Assembly: GCA_951406725.2 (NCBI GenBank)
Contig: OX597834.1
Span: 13,392,001-13,456,000 of the forward strand
Direction of reading: 5' to 3'
DNA length: 64,000 bases
Source of the DNA: Octopus vulgaris
Taxonomy: Eukaryota
The position numbers were made by a program, and so were the translations under genes. Position 1 is the first letter of the stretch; the number at the start of each line of letters is the position of its first letter. Of the stretch, positions 42,197 through 55,131 are shown piece after piece. The notes below the pieces were generated by a model, which did not search any database, was not told the DNA's origin, and worked only from the letters and a program-made list of their open reading frames with translations.

Positions 42197-43379
42197 TTAA
42201 TCATATAGTATTACACATGACATAATATCGTATGTAAATGCACCTTCTCATTTGGCATTATTTAGAGCAGTGTTCAACGCAGGCTTGTTTCGACATTCGT
42301 CGCCTTCCACTCTCTGGTTGAGTCAACGAGTGTATTTTTAAGTCTGTTTTAAAATTATGTCGACTGTTTATGTTCAACTCTAAATAGCGACAGATGAGCA
42401 AGAGAATTTTATATAATGCCATGCATAATGTGTGATATAAAATAAAATATGCTAAGACGCTTCATTTATTTCTGACACTCAGCATATTCTATAATGATAT
42501 GTTCAAAGTTTTGCCAGAAATATCCTCTGATAGTCGTTAGCGAGAAATATTGGTGGTAACAAGTATCTTGAACTCAGCAGGTAGAAAATACGCTGAAATT
42601 CTTGTTATGCCCACGCACAATGACATCCTCGTCCAACACATACAAACGTAAGCTAGCACATATATGCAATACCTTATACAATCACCTTACACAATAACAC
42701 GTATAGGGATATAATTATTTTATACACCAAGCAATCACATACGCGGAAACTCACACTTGTATAAGCATATAAACTTATTTTCTTTTTCATGCATAAATAC
42801 GTATAAAGATATGTGTTTCTCTATGTCACTGTGTGTGTGTGTGTTAGTATCTCTGCATAAATGCATTTCCATCGGATCAAATGTTTTCTGGAAACAAGCG
42901 TTTTACATTGACGTACTACTTTGTATTCCGCTTCAAGCAAAACTAACACTCTCTTATGGATTATATTCAACCATGTGGACAAAAGAACATGGAAGTCTGG
43001 TGCGGATCTTTGTCGTAAATATATCTTTACTGTAAACCAAGCAGTATTTTATTTAGCCAACACGCATATATATATATATATATATATATGCATACATATA
43101 TATATATAGATATGTATATATATATGTATTCTTATAAATAAGTGTATATATATATATATACACATATATATCCATATATATATACATATATATATACCTA
43201 TATATATATACTCATAAATATGTACGTATATATATATATGTATATATATACATATATATGTATGCCTATACATAGATATGTGTGTGTGTAAATAGGCGAG
43301 TCGGTAGGTAACTATAATTTATACACTGCTGTGTCGCTATTAGTGTGCAGGAGTTGTGCATGTTCTTTTTTCCGCAACG

Positions 43380-43935
43380 TTTGCCTGTTTAGACCTTTCG
43401 AAGTCAACGGCGTGGTGAATCTTTTCTTTCGTTATTTTGGTTATGTTAATTCTCATACGCTCTGCTGAACATTTCTATTCCATTCCTTCCTTCTCGATAA
43501 CAGTTGCGGCCTCTGACAATGTCGTTTTGACAAACTCTACCGCAAGACATTTTTCTGCTACGTTTGTCAAGCTCGCTGTCTTTCTCGGATCGCCATTAAA
43601 GAATACAATTCCTTGTCCATTCCTGCTGGTTGACATATCATTTTCTTTAATATAATGGTGCATATTAGCTCGCATGACTGCAAAGACGGAATACTGAAAA
43701 TCTTGTGAATTATGCTAAGAGGGTTGCTGAATCAGGGGACAATGTTGATCGCGTATTTTTACCAATTTCCTGAATGCGCTTGCGCCATACTTTCAGCCTC
43801 ATGCATATGTGTATTTAGGATCGGTTTATCAAATGAAGTGTATAGTTTCCTTTTACGTGACATCAGTTCTATTTCTAGCTGTTCTAGGATCCCATAAGTG
43901 ATATTCATTCTATCTTTCAGACGCCCAAACAGTTT
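43380..43935 (-). pseudogene. Possible very old RTE-type LINE C-terminal remnant
   Basis: Minus-strand FGRLKDRM..KRKLYTSFDKPIL..EAES (cf. FGRLxxRVW..TKxxVY..VL..YGAESW) followed by a basic C-terminal segment; similarity is weak. Confidence 0.4.
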
Positions 43936-44065
43936 TATGCATATGAAATAAAAAGGAAAGAAAAAAGAAGGAAAAAAAACACGCAAATACCAATGAATAA
44001 GGCAACAGAAGAAACAATGTCTATTCGTTATTTATCGAAGTCATAATTTTCAATCCACATTTTCT

Positions 44066-44505
44066 GACTGGAATTATATTACATAAACTATATATGAATC
44101 TTATATATATTCTACATCTGGAATTTATATTATATACATACTATATATGGAAATTATATTACATATAAATTATATATGGAATTCATATTATGAAAAAACT
44201 ATATCTGGAGTTATATGGAGTCTATATAAACTATATCTGGAATCATAAAAACAATATATAATTAATGTCTGGAATTATGAAATCTATATATAAACTATAT
44301 CTGGAATTATATAAACTATATATAAGATCCGTCTGGAATTATACAAAATATATATAAACTTTACCTGGAATTATAAAATATATATATAAACTATATCTGG
44401 AATGATATAAACTATATATGAACTCAGTCTAGAATTATATAAACTATATATAAACTAGGTCTGGAGTTATATAAACTGTATATTAACTATATGTGGAATG
44501 ATAAA
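44066..44505. repeat. ~32-bp minisatellite, about 15 degenerate units
   Basis: Consensus ~TGGAATTATATAAACTATATATAAACTATATC; strict 32-bp period from 44238 to 44494. Confidence 0.9.
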
Positions 44506-45534
44506 AAACTTATTTTTGAGAAGAGATATTTGATGTATTCTTTCTTTTTCAAATAAATATCGGAGAGCGTAAATGCAAACATTGAATAGTGACTAAGTTC
44601 GTTTCGAGCCGTGGACATTGAGCGGCATCAAGTCCAAGTGACTCTTAATTCTGTTGCAGAACGAGAAAGGCTTTGGTGTGAATGATGTGCAAAGAAACTG
44701 ACCAAAAGACGTCATCATGTGTGTGTGTTTCTCTGCATAATTTTCCGTATATGTATGTTAAGATTTGCGTTGGTGTCCGTAAGTACAGCTATATTGCTCT
44801 TCGGGCAAAAATAAGCTGATATATAACTACCACATTTAAAGTATATACCTACGTCAGTGTATAATTTAGTATATATTTAATTCCATGTTGCATATATTAC
44901 ATGTCAGGCAATTTTGTTACTAGGAGCGATGGGGGGGGGATATTAGATACGATTGTCTGTTTCTTTTTTCTCCCATTTCGTTGAGTCTATCATATTTCAT
45001 TCTGATGTTCAATCAATCAGAGTAACGGTTCCTAGTATTAAAGTGTGAAAATGCAAAGCTTGTCACAGGCACATAGAATTTTATCAGCATATTGTAATTA
45101 ATGTGTCCTTGAATTAGACGAACATCTATACATTTCTCTAGAAGCTATAGTAGATTTAAGATGTTGCCAAGAGTGATGGAACGCAGGACCTCATTTATCA
45201 AATTATTTTTTTTAATTAATTAGATATGTCTGTATATATTATATACTGTAAATATAGTTTACAAACAAAATATACAAGCCAAACATACGCGGCTACATTT
45301 AACTGAATATATATACGCTATGCTTTGCAAACGTGGATGAGTCTATGCTTAAGATTTCAAAGATGTCCATCATTTATAAGGTTTATATCATTGTTGTTAT
45401 CTTTCATTTTTCCTGTCAACCGATATATGATGAATGGGGTTCAATTAATGATTAATTTGTTTTTTGACGATCAACTATTTGGGCAGGACGCTGTGCGAAT
45501 ATTCATTTCCTGAAGCATATTTAGAATCAACTAA

Positions 45535-45830
45535 GCCAGAAGAATCGATAGCACGCCGGGCAAAATGCTTAAAATGCTTTAAATGCTTAAACGTGGGGAG
45601 ACGGCAAAATAGTTACCGCGCCGGATAGTTACTGCGCCAGAAAAAGTGCTTAGTGGCATTTTTTCCAACTTACGATCAGCATCCAATTTCCGGAAGGGCC
45701 GTCTTTGTCTATCAGCATTTTGGGAACGATAAAAATTATTTGTCAGTTAAAAAATGGGATCCAAGGAATCAACTTGACACTTTCTACAAATTTGCTGGTC
45801 TTGTGCCAAAGTTTGAAACAAATATTTGGA
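45535..45830 (+). mobile_element. Degenerate SINE family B-like copies (duplicated head)
   Basis: AGAATCGATAGCACGCCGGGCAAAATGCTTA..; tail AAATTTGCTGGTCTTGTGCCAAAGTTTGAAAC. Confidence 0.6.
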
Positions 45831-45852
45831 ATTAAATAAGATAATGTGTACA

Positions 45853-46092
45853 GAATTATGGTGACTCTTTGGTGGTGTACTGCTAGACTCATCCATTATA
45901 ACTTCTGAAAATGGAAACATAGACAAACCATTACTGCAGAAACATTGCCGTGAAATTACCAAAATGAACGAAAAACTGCAACTCCTCTGTCCCAGACTGG
46001 TCAACAGATGAGGGTCAATCATTCTTCGTGACAATGCACGACCACACATTTCAATAATGACGTTCCAGAAGTTGAGGGATCTTGGCTATGAA
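45853..46092 (+). pseudogene. mariner (DD34D, Hsmar1/SETMAR-like) transposase fragment
   Basis: IMVTLWWCTARLIHYNF..TITAE..CREITKMNEKLQLLCPRLVNR*GSIILRDNARPHISIMTFQKLRDLGYE. Confidence 0.9.
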
Positions 46093-47294
46093 GAGTAGGG
46101 TATATTACTTTTGATCGTTTAACTGCTATTTCGAGCGAGTTCAATATTTGCATGCAATGTCCCTGCAGTTGTTAACTTGGCCTTTGTCTCTGCTTCTTAA
46201 GAAATTATGCTCATTCACTTTGACAAGTTAACATATCGCAGTAGATATTCCAATGACGAATGGGGACTTCGTTGTAGACATAGATAAGAAATAATGGCTC
46301 TGTGCAAATCAGATAACAAGTATAAAGATGAGAAAAACAAATAAGAAGGGAAATATTATGGAAAGTCTGAAAATAATTGATGTTAACGTTAATGAAAAAA
46401 ACCTAATCAAACAAAAGCAATTGCGAGAGAATGACAACCTGAAGCGAAAAGAAACTTCGTTAGGAGAATTCCTCGGCAGCATTAAAAATAATAATTTTGC
46501 TGTAAAACGTGAGAAACCAACAATTTATTCTATGAGAAAAGTTGTTGAGTTAAGACGAAGGAAAATGTAATTATTGAGACAAGTAAAATTACATATGCAT
46601 ATGTGTTTTCATATGCTTTGCATGCGTAATTCAAATAGGAAAAGAAGCTTATATTCATTATCCCATTATTGTTTATGTGGCTAAGCAGAGTGGTCTTGTA
46701 AGATTGTGGTACGGATTTCAAACCCTAAAGTAAAAGCCAAGCGTGTTTCCCTCATAGAAAGACGAAAGTCGGTTTACTTCTTTTTCGTGAAATTTTTATT
46801 CAAATATAGACTTTGTGAATGACTTTCATACATACAATCTGCGATGCATTCAAACTCATAGGTATACGTATACACTTGCATTCATTCGGGGCTTGAACTC
46901 CCGATGAGTCCTTAGGGAGTTTATCTTTGTTTCGACCAGGTGGAAGCTATCTCTATCCGGGTCTGTTAATAAACAAAAACGAATTCTTCTAGAGAAAGGG
47001 AGGTTAAAAGAGAGAGAAAAACTCACCTTTAGTGCATGATAGATATTTTATATCAATTTAAAAATATTATTTGTATAAGGTAGATTTATATAACAAGGTG
47101 GATATTTTATTTTATTTATTTTATTTTATTTATATAGCAAGGTAGAAAAATCAGATTTGATTTTCGTTGTTCTTGAAATGAGTGAATACTCACCCGGCAT
47201 CGTTTAGATACTAAAGTTTAATCTTAGATGTATACATACATAAGAAACACTGATGTGAGTTAGAGAGATAGTTATTCAAATCAAACATGTGAAT

Positions 47295-47500
47295 TGTTTC
47301 AAGTTTTGGCATAGGGCCAGCAATTTCGGGGAAGTGGTTAAGTTAATTAGATCGACGCCAGTACACAACTGGTACTAATTTCATCGACTCCGAAAAGAGG
47401 ACTAAGACAAAGTGTAATTTGAACTCAGAACGTAAAAACGCAAGAAATGCTACTAAGCATTTTGCTCGGCGTGCTAACGATCGTGCCAGCCCGCTGCCTT
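47295..47500 (-). mobile_element. Older SINE family B variant
   Basis: CTGGTACTAATTTCATCGACTCCGAAA..TTTGAACTCAGAACGTAA..CTAAGCATTTTGCTCGGCGTGCTAACGA..GCCAGCCCGCTGCCTT. Confidence 0.8.
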
Positions 47501-48687
47501 AAAACACGTCATAAATACAACGCATGAAAAAAAACATAATATTGTCGGAGGTTTTCTTTTCAATCCTTCTATCAAAGGTAAACGTAAAAAATATGATATA
47601 ATTATTTGGGGGGGTTGAAATAAAATATTATGTTGTAAGTGTTGAAACGAGCTTCTGGCACAACAGTGACCACAGACAAAGGGATGTGATAGATTATAAA
47701 CGCTTTTTCTATGTAATTTATTTGAGATTGAAATAAGACAATATCTTTTGACTCAGACTTGTACACGTTCGTGTGTCCGCTATATGTCCTTAACTATCAA
47801 AACTACACACACACAGTCACACACACACACACAAACACACACAAACACACGTACACCCACATGCATATACATATATACATACACACACATATATATATAT
47901 ATATATTAATTATCTGTGAACAAATATGGCGGCATGTTGGATACGTTAGCAGCTGACAAGTGAGATAATACATAGAAGACAGGCAAAGTAACTATATTAA
48001 AAAATAAAATGCAAAAACTGCTATTAGGCAGGTGAATATGGAGTATATTGGCATAATAACTAAGGTGATTGTACACGAAACAAGTAGATTACGTACCGGA
48101 GAATGAAGGAAAGTAAAAAATGAAATATACCTGCATGATGATGGAAAATATAATGGAAATACGGTTAGAAAAAAAAAACAAATTGGGTGGGTAAACGAAA
48201 TTGAAACGACAAAATAATCAACACTATTAATCGAGAAAATGAAACCGAAGTGAGATAATGAACACACATAAGGTGTTATATGTAGATTAAAAAAGACGAG
48301 GATAAAAAAGACAATGGGAAATATTTTTAGAAGTTGTCATATTGGTACGTGCATATTACGAAGGAAAACCGTGGTGCACTGGGATGCATTGGAAAAACAT
48401 CACACATAAAAAACTAATGAAATGAGGAACGTGTGAGTATGCATAAATATACAGACTGAAGCACATTGCAGTTCTGTTAGTTTTTTTTTACGTGAAGGAG
48501 CGCGTACGTTTATACGTACGAAGACACAAACATACATAGCGAAACACATGCAGACACAAGCACGTGTAAAGCGACACCCTGAAACAAAAGCACATTCGCA
48601 CACACATATGAATGTATATCTATATGTATGCACGTATGTAATTATGCACTTATGCGTGTATGTATATGTATATATATATATATATAT

Positions 48688-48895
48688 ACTCTTACTCTTT
48701 TACTCTTTTACTTGTTTCAGACATTTGACTGTGGCCATGCTGGAGCACCACCTTTAGTCGAGCAAATCGACCACAGGACTTATTCTTTGTAAGCAGGGTA
48801 CTTATTCTATCACTCTCCTTTGCTGAACCGCTAAGTTACGGGGACGTAAACATACCACCATCGGTTGTTAAGCGATGTTGGGAGGGCAAACACAG

Positions 48896-48928
<33 letters not shown>

Positions 48929-48932
48929 TACC

Positions 48933-48985
<53 letters not shown>

Positions 48986-49126
48986 GACGGGCTTCTTTTA
49001 GTTTCCATCTACGAAATCCACTCACAAGGCTTTGGTCGGCCCGAGGGTATAGTGCCACGTAGTGGGACTGAACCCTGAACCATGTGGTCGGTAAGCAAGC
49101 TACTTACAACAAAGCCACTCCTACGC
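48688..49126 (-). mobile_element. SINE family A, full length
   Basis: Reverse-complement homologue of 18392-18820. Confidence 0.92.
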
Positions 49127-49143
49127 GTATATATATATATATA

Positions 49144-49352
49144 TACGAGGGGATGCTGGAAAGTTCCTAGCCCTAAGGTAGTCGCCAAAGGCGTAGCTGG
49201 ACGCTCAAAATTCCGACTTCTTTAACTGGGCTTAGAAAAACTGAAGGACCACTGCATTAACTGTGTGAATCTGACAGGGGAATATATTAAATACAATCAT
49301 AACTGATCCATATACCTTTTAACCAAAGCCAGAAACTTTTCAGCACCTTCCC

Positions 49353-49355
<3 letters not shown>
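49144..49355 (+). mobile_element. mariner-derived MITE retaining the transposase C-terminus
   Basis: TIRs TACGAGGGGATGCTGGAAAGTTCCTAGC / GCCAGAAACTTTTCAGCACCTTCCCGTA in TA context; internal GLEKLKDHCINCVNLTGEYIK* (cf. mariner GIxKLxxRWxKCIxxxGxYxE). Confidence 0.85.
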
Positions 49356-49389
<34 letters not shown>

Positions 49390-50319
49390 TCAGACACAAC
49401 TCATTCCGTGGTGTTCAAGTTCCCTTTTGGGAACAGTAGATTGGTCAGTCCAGTATTCACTCCCAATACAGTTTAACTTACCTACTTCTCATGCGCTAAG
49501 GGACAGTGAGATTTTATGCAGGTTTTGACCTTCTAATTTGTCTGATATCCACTAAGTTGTAGCTAGAGTACCTGTCCATATATAACATCGGTGTGACTAT
49601 GGGCATTTATTTACCTTTCCTAGGTATTTGATATAAACATCTAATACTTACCTTCCACGTTCTAGTTTTTCAACACTCATGTGTGTTGTCCAGGTATCTA
49701 ATTTCATTCTATGTTGCATTAGTTTACTGATCCACTATGACTGAAAGTCGAATTTTATTTTCTAGGTATCTGGATGCAGAAATTTGAGAACGGGAACAAA
49801 TACACCAGAAATTTTGACCCGACAGTCAAGCAATTTTAATTCCCACTACCTTTAAATAATTGGCTGAAAGTTTGGCTAAACATCAGGTGATTGAACTACC
49901 CTTAGTAATTGGTAATATAATATACATAATGTAGAAGAACGAAAGTCAAATAATATAAGTACGAATACTAATATTTTGGAGGGGAGGATATTGATTGTAT
50001 TGACACCAGTGGTTGTCAGGTACTATCTTAGAGGAACCTGGAATGATGAAAGTGAAAAGCAGATCCGACCACGGCTAAATGATAGACTAAGAGTCGCGAA
50101 CAGCATTTCTTTTACTTTCTCGGGGATGTTAAAAGATCTACCACTTCGCTGCTAAGTGTGTTTTTCGATTACAGGGCCCTGGATGTTAGGCTGGGACTTA
50201 TTTTGCTCATATTTCAAACAACGCCAACGTACTTGAGACGATGGAAACACCGGAAGAAAACCTTTGAAGAATCTTCTCTGTCATCCTAACAAATCACCTA
50301 GGTCTCTATAATGATAATA

Positions 50320-50452
50320 ATGATACTGTCTACTATAGGTACAAGGCGTGCAATTTTGGGCAATAGTGGATTATATCGACCTCAGTACTGAACTGGTAAG
50401 GACAGGCAGAATACCACTAAGAATTTCGCCCTGTGTGCTAAGGTTTCTGCCA
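50320..50452 (-). mobile_element. Deleted SINE family B remnant
   Basis: ATCGACCTCAGTACTGAACTGGTA..AATACCACTAAGAATTTCGCCCTGTGTGCTAAGGTTTCTGCCA. Confidence 0.65.
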
Positions 50453-51717
50453 ATTAAACGGTAAATATTGCTAACATACGAACAAGACTTCGGAATATGA
50501 AGGAAGAGGATTGAGATTTACATAGCAAAATAAAAAAACGTCTTAAACCAAGCAGTGGTTTCAGCTACTGACTTGCGCTACGCAAGGTTTGAACACCCGA
50601 CGTCGAATTAAACTAGGGATAACCTCGAGGCATCACGGCTTGCTACATTAGTTCTGCAATTCGAGCAAATAAACGATAATAAAAAGTATGAAAAGCAATC
50701 AAGGGAATGTGTTGCCAAGACAGATTAGGTTACTAAAGTTTTCCAACTTCAGCTGCTCCATTATATTTGCATAGTGTTTAAATTCATATATACATACTAA
50801 CGCACACAGAAATATAGATAAGAAAAAATACACACACATACACACGTATATATATATGTATATAGTTTGTACGTATGTATGTATATAATGTTCATTTTCA
50901 GATAGATAACAGCAGAGTATAAATTTTGGATTTATTTTTCTTTGCTCTGTTGTGTTGTGATCACATTTAGTTAAGAGAAAAACATAATAAATAACAAGCA
51001 GGGAAAACTAAAACACAAAACAACAACCACCACCAATGAATGACTAACGAATTCAAGATGAAAGTAATTAGGTGCCTACAGCAACTTTTATTGCAATCAT
51101 CTCACGTGCTCAGCATCAAAGTAACTTAAATTCTTACACGATTCGACGATATGATCGCACTCCATGAATTTTAATTCATTCGGGACCATGTATAGCATAA
51201 ACACCACACACGAATTTTTTTCTTTTTCGTTTTATAGTTTTCATTTATATTCAGATTTAATTTTGATATTTCCTTACATAATGTGTAACTGCATCTTATT
51301 AAAACTGACTATAAATTTACATTTAATATAGGTTGAAAATTGTACTAACTTTGTTTTTCGTTTTATTTAATTCAATTATTTCGAATATTTTAAATTGTTC
51401 GTCGATGTTATATCACGGGGAACGTTCGTGCAGAGGAAACATACATGGTGTGTGTGTGTGTGTGTGTGTGCGTTTGTATGCGTTTGTGGTCGGATTTTTG
51501 CTTGTGCGTATGTATGTGTGTGCAATCGTATTTGTTTTTGTGTGTGTGTGCGTGTGTTTAAAGCAAAGTCCGAGTATTCCATTTTATATAGAGGAACTTT
51601 CACGTAGACCTTTGCAATGAAGAATTAAGTTTCGATATTGATGAATTTCTTTCCTCAAAGTTGATATTACTGCGCATGAAGACATGCATATAATTATTTC
51701 ATTTATAAGATCCTGCC

Positions 51718-51818
<101 letters not shown>

Positions 51819-52156
51819 TGTGAAGGCGCATGGCTCAGTGGTTAGAGCGTCGAGCTTACGATCGTGAGGTTGTGAGCTCGAATCCCGGACCGAGCTGCGA
51901 GTTGTGTTCTTGAGCAAGGCACTTTATTTCACATGGCTCCAGTTCACTCAGTTGTAGAAAAGAGTTGCGACGTTACTTGTGCCAAACTGTATCGACCTTT
52001 GTCTTTCCCTTGGATAACATCAGTGGCATGACGAGTGTAGACTGGTATGCATGGGCTGCTGCTGGTATTCCATAAACAACCTTGCCCAGGCTTGTGTCTA
52101 GGAGGGTAACTTTCTAGGTGCAATCCCATGGTCTGTGTCGTGACCGAAGGGGTCTC

Positions 52157-52157
<1 letters not shown>
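51819..52157 (+). mobile_element. CORE-like tRNA SINE with a third tail type, inside (TA)n
   Basis: GTGAAGGCGCATGGCTCAGTGGTTAGAGCG..GAGCTCGAATCCC..GTGTTCTTGAGCAAGGCACTTTATTTCAC; head homologous to 36764-36630. Confidence 0.85.
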
Positions 52158-52194
<37 letters not shown>

Positions 52195-52981
52195 GCATAC
52201 ACACATAAATATATATATTTTAATACGAATATTTTCGTCTCCTTGAATAGTCCCAATGAACAATTGTATGCATCTGCTATTAATTATCTATCTGGTGGTC
52301 ACCTGTTCTGTCCCATATCTTCTGTTTACATCTGTGGTAATTTCAAGCCCAAGATACTACAAGTTTGGTATCGCGATTTTTAGGAGTACAGTTTGCGATT
52401 TTCACCTTCGCTACGACAATTTGCCTGAGACTTGAGTTTGCATACGCCTGGCCACAATACGGCATCCTCCATATTGCTAATTGTTCGGTAAACTTGCATG
52501 AATAAACACATTGCGTCTGCAGAGTTGCTACATGTTCGAAAATCAAAGAATAGCTCCGTACGCATATTCCCGAAGTGTTTTTCTCTTTCAGGGTATATAA
52601 AAAATTTCCTCAGAAAGCAGAATAGTTGGCAGTGCCGGCATAACCCTCCATATACATTGTGCAACAGATATTGAACTGTCTCATGATACCGATATTACTC
52701 TATTACTCACGTGTCATCTGAAAGACACCCGTATATGAATGTATATCTCTTACGTGTACAAACATTCAGGATTAACTTTATGCAGTAAATAATTGTATTG
52801 GAAAGCAGCTAGTAGATTTAATTATATATATTCATAATTTACAAAATCACAAATGAATGCATCTACCTCGTATTCTGTAATTTCCCGAAGGTTAGTAATG
52901 GATTTGCAGCAAGATATTTGACGAAAGAAAGAATGACAAAGAAAAGAAAGTAAAAGAATTTATTTGCGGAAAGGATTAGAC

Positions 52982-53030
52982 CAGGGATGGGCAACTTGTG
53001 TCAACAGGGGGCCGCATTTTACTATTTCCA
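52982..53030. mobile_element. Solo hAT/Charlie-like terminal sequence
   Basis: CAGGGATGGGCAAC..GGGGGCCGCATT resembles hAT termini; no partner TIR seen. Confidence 0.4.
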
Positions 53031-53271
53031 AGTGTGAGAGGACCGAGGGAGAAAACGCATATGCACGACATAAACTTCCCCATTTTACACTGAATTGTTT
53101 GCAGTTCTTAATTTTATTTTTCTTATTATGAATGTTTAAATTAAACTGACATCTATTTCATTATTTCTTAATCATAATAATCATGATTACTAGTGTAAAG
53201 AAATCATAGTTTAAAATATTGACCTAAAAGAAAAAAAAACCAGAAATTTCATTGATATTTTATGACAGAAC

Positions 53272-53385
53272 AGCTTTCATTATCTGGGTCGATAAATTAA
53301 GTACCAGTTGCTTACTGGGGTCGTTCTAACCGACAGACACCCCCTCCCTCAAAACTTTCGGGCCTTGTGTCTAGAGGAGAAAAGT
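53272..53385 (+). mobile_element. SINE family B 3' fragment
   Basis: GCTTTCAT..GGGTCGATAAATTAAGTACCAGTTGCTTACTGGGGTCG. Confidence 0.75.
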
Positions 53386-53649
53386 TTATGTATTTAAGTG
53401 TACATAAATATGTACTTATATTACTGTTTGTTCATTACAGGTATATGTATGCATCATATAACGATGTATGTATAAAATTAAACAGATTATGACTTCGACA
53501 TGCTAACACATATACATATACATACAAGTACAAACAAGAAAGACAGAGAAAGGCAGAAACAAGGAAAATGCTACTTATATTTGAACACTATACAAATATT
53601 CCTTTAAAAAACTTTTCTTTTAATTTTTCTAACTTTAATTATTTAATCG

Positions 53650-53693
53650 TTACAGTTGAAAAGGTCTCAAAATGAGCGAAACCGGTACTGAAA
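53650..53693 (+). ncRNA. Degenerate minimal hammerhead-like motif
   Basis: ttacag-TTGAAAA-ggtctc aaaat gagc-GAAA-ccgg-TA-ctgaaa; palindromic ACCGGT helix III; core is two transitions from CTGAAGA. Confidence 0.4.
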
Positions 53694-54677
53694 TGTTCTT
53701 TATAAAATTATTTTAGCATTTTCTATCTTGACTTGTTTTTTCATATATATATATATACGTACATAAATTCTGTTAGCATTAGCTTTTTAGTTACACCATC
53801 TTCGCACGTTATTTGTAAGGTGTCTGCATTGTCAGTATTCGAATTTGCATTGCAAATATTTTAAACCGTTTTATCTCTCCGTGACACAGTGGAACTCTTT
53901 TGCTTCATTACTTCTTTCGCATTCTCTATTTCTCTTCCATTCATTGTATATTTTACCAGAACTTTTATTTTCTCTCTTCATTTATTTTTCTTACTAGAGT
54001 CTGTTATGTTTTTCTATCTTTGTCTTTTCTGCTGTTTTACATTCTGTGCATTTGAAATGTAAGACTGTCTCAGCATTACAAAGTGTGTTATGTGATATAG
54101 GAATGTTATAATAACGACTCGATTTCTTTTCTTTCTTTGCTATACACCCTAATAATATTTTAACGAACATAAGGAAAGAGAATATATTGAATACATTTCA
54201 GATATCTTACAACACTTGTACAAAAATATTTTATTAACCATGGTATTCAAAACCAGGTGTATTGTTCAAAATTCTTAGACAATGCAAGCAGGTTTTAAGC
54301 AGAAGTAATGGGTTTCATTCGGGCTGATGGAATTTCTAATGGCAGGCCTGACGAAAAACTGTATTCAGTCGATTTAATATGTCGACCGTGTAGTGATAAG
54401 CCATGTGCAATGCGGCCCACTTCTGGAAAAATTTGTCGCTCTGGAATGATCAGAAATTGTTAGATGGAAATTTGATTTGCCTGCTATTTCAAATCAGATG
54501 AAGAAAATCCAGGATAAAGTTGTTAGTCATCTTTTCAGATGCGCTAATTATTCCGAACGTTTACCTCCTTACTTCAACTCATAACGTACATATTTGTTCT
54601 CATGCAAACTTTACGAAATACCAGAAAAATAAAACAGATAACAATTTTACCTGAATTTATACTACTCCCTCATATTA

Positions 54678-54730
<53 letters not shown>

Positions 54731-54732
<2 letters not shown>

Positions 54733-55070
54733 TTAATCCAAACAAGAAAACAAAAAGACAACAACGCGAGGATGTGGAACAAATAAAGTATTATTGGGCG
54801 CTCAGGAAAGAAGGGAAGAAGGAGGGTATGACGTTTCGAGCGGAGCTGTTCGTCGGAAACATAGGAGAAAGAAAGATCCCAAGGTGGGAAGACAGAGGAA
54901 AAAAAAAATATATATATATATTTCCTCCGTCTTCCCTTCTCTGGATCCTTCCTTTTCCTGTTTCTGACGTTAAACCCTCCTTCTTTCCTGAGCGTCCAAT
55001 AATACTATATTTGTTCCACGTCCTCGCGTTCTGGTGTTTTTTTTTTTGTGCTTTCATGTTTGGATTAACT
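54731..55070. mobile_element. Symmetric fold-back element in (TA)n carrying a hammerhead motif
   Basis: Arms AGTTAATCCAAACA../..TGTTTGGATTAACT of ~150-175 bp around a central (TA)n at ~54909-54921. Confidence 0.85.
54826..54860 (-). ncRNA. Minimal type I hammerhead ribozyme-like motif
   Basis: gttt-CCGACGA-a-cagc tcc gctc-GAAA-cg-TC-atac; the opposite arm preserves gttt-CTGACG..TT-aaac. Confidence 0.65.
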
Positions 55071-55074
55071 ATGT

Positions 55075-55131
<57 letters not shown>

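Noticed and set aside
44066-44505. CRISPR-like periodicity
   Set aside because: Units are tandem without unique spacers; eukaryotic context, no cas genes
46328-46570. 80-aa Lys/Asn-rich ORF
   Set aside because: A-rich compositional bias, no recognisable domain or splice context
46896-46922. aactc-CCGATGA-gtccttagg-gagtt partial hammerhead
   Set aside because: No GAAA/helix III/NUH; could be a core-deleted copy but cannot be supported from one sequence
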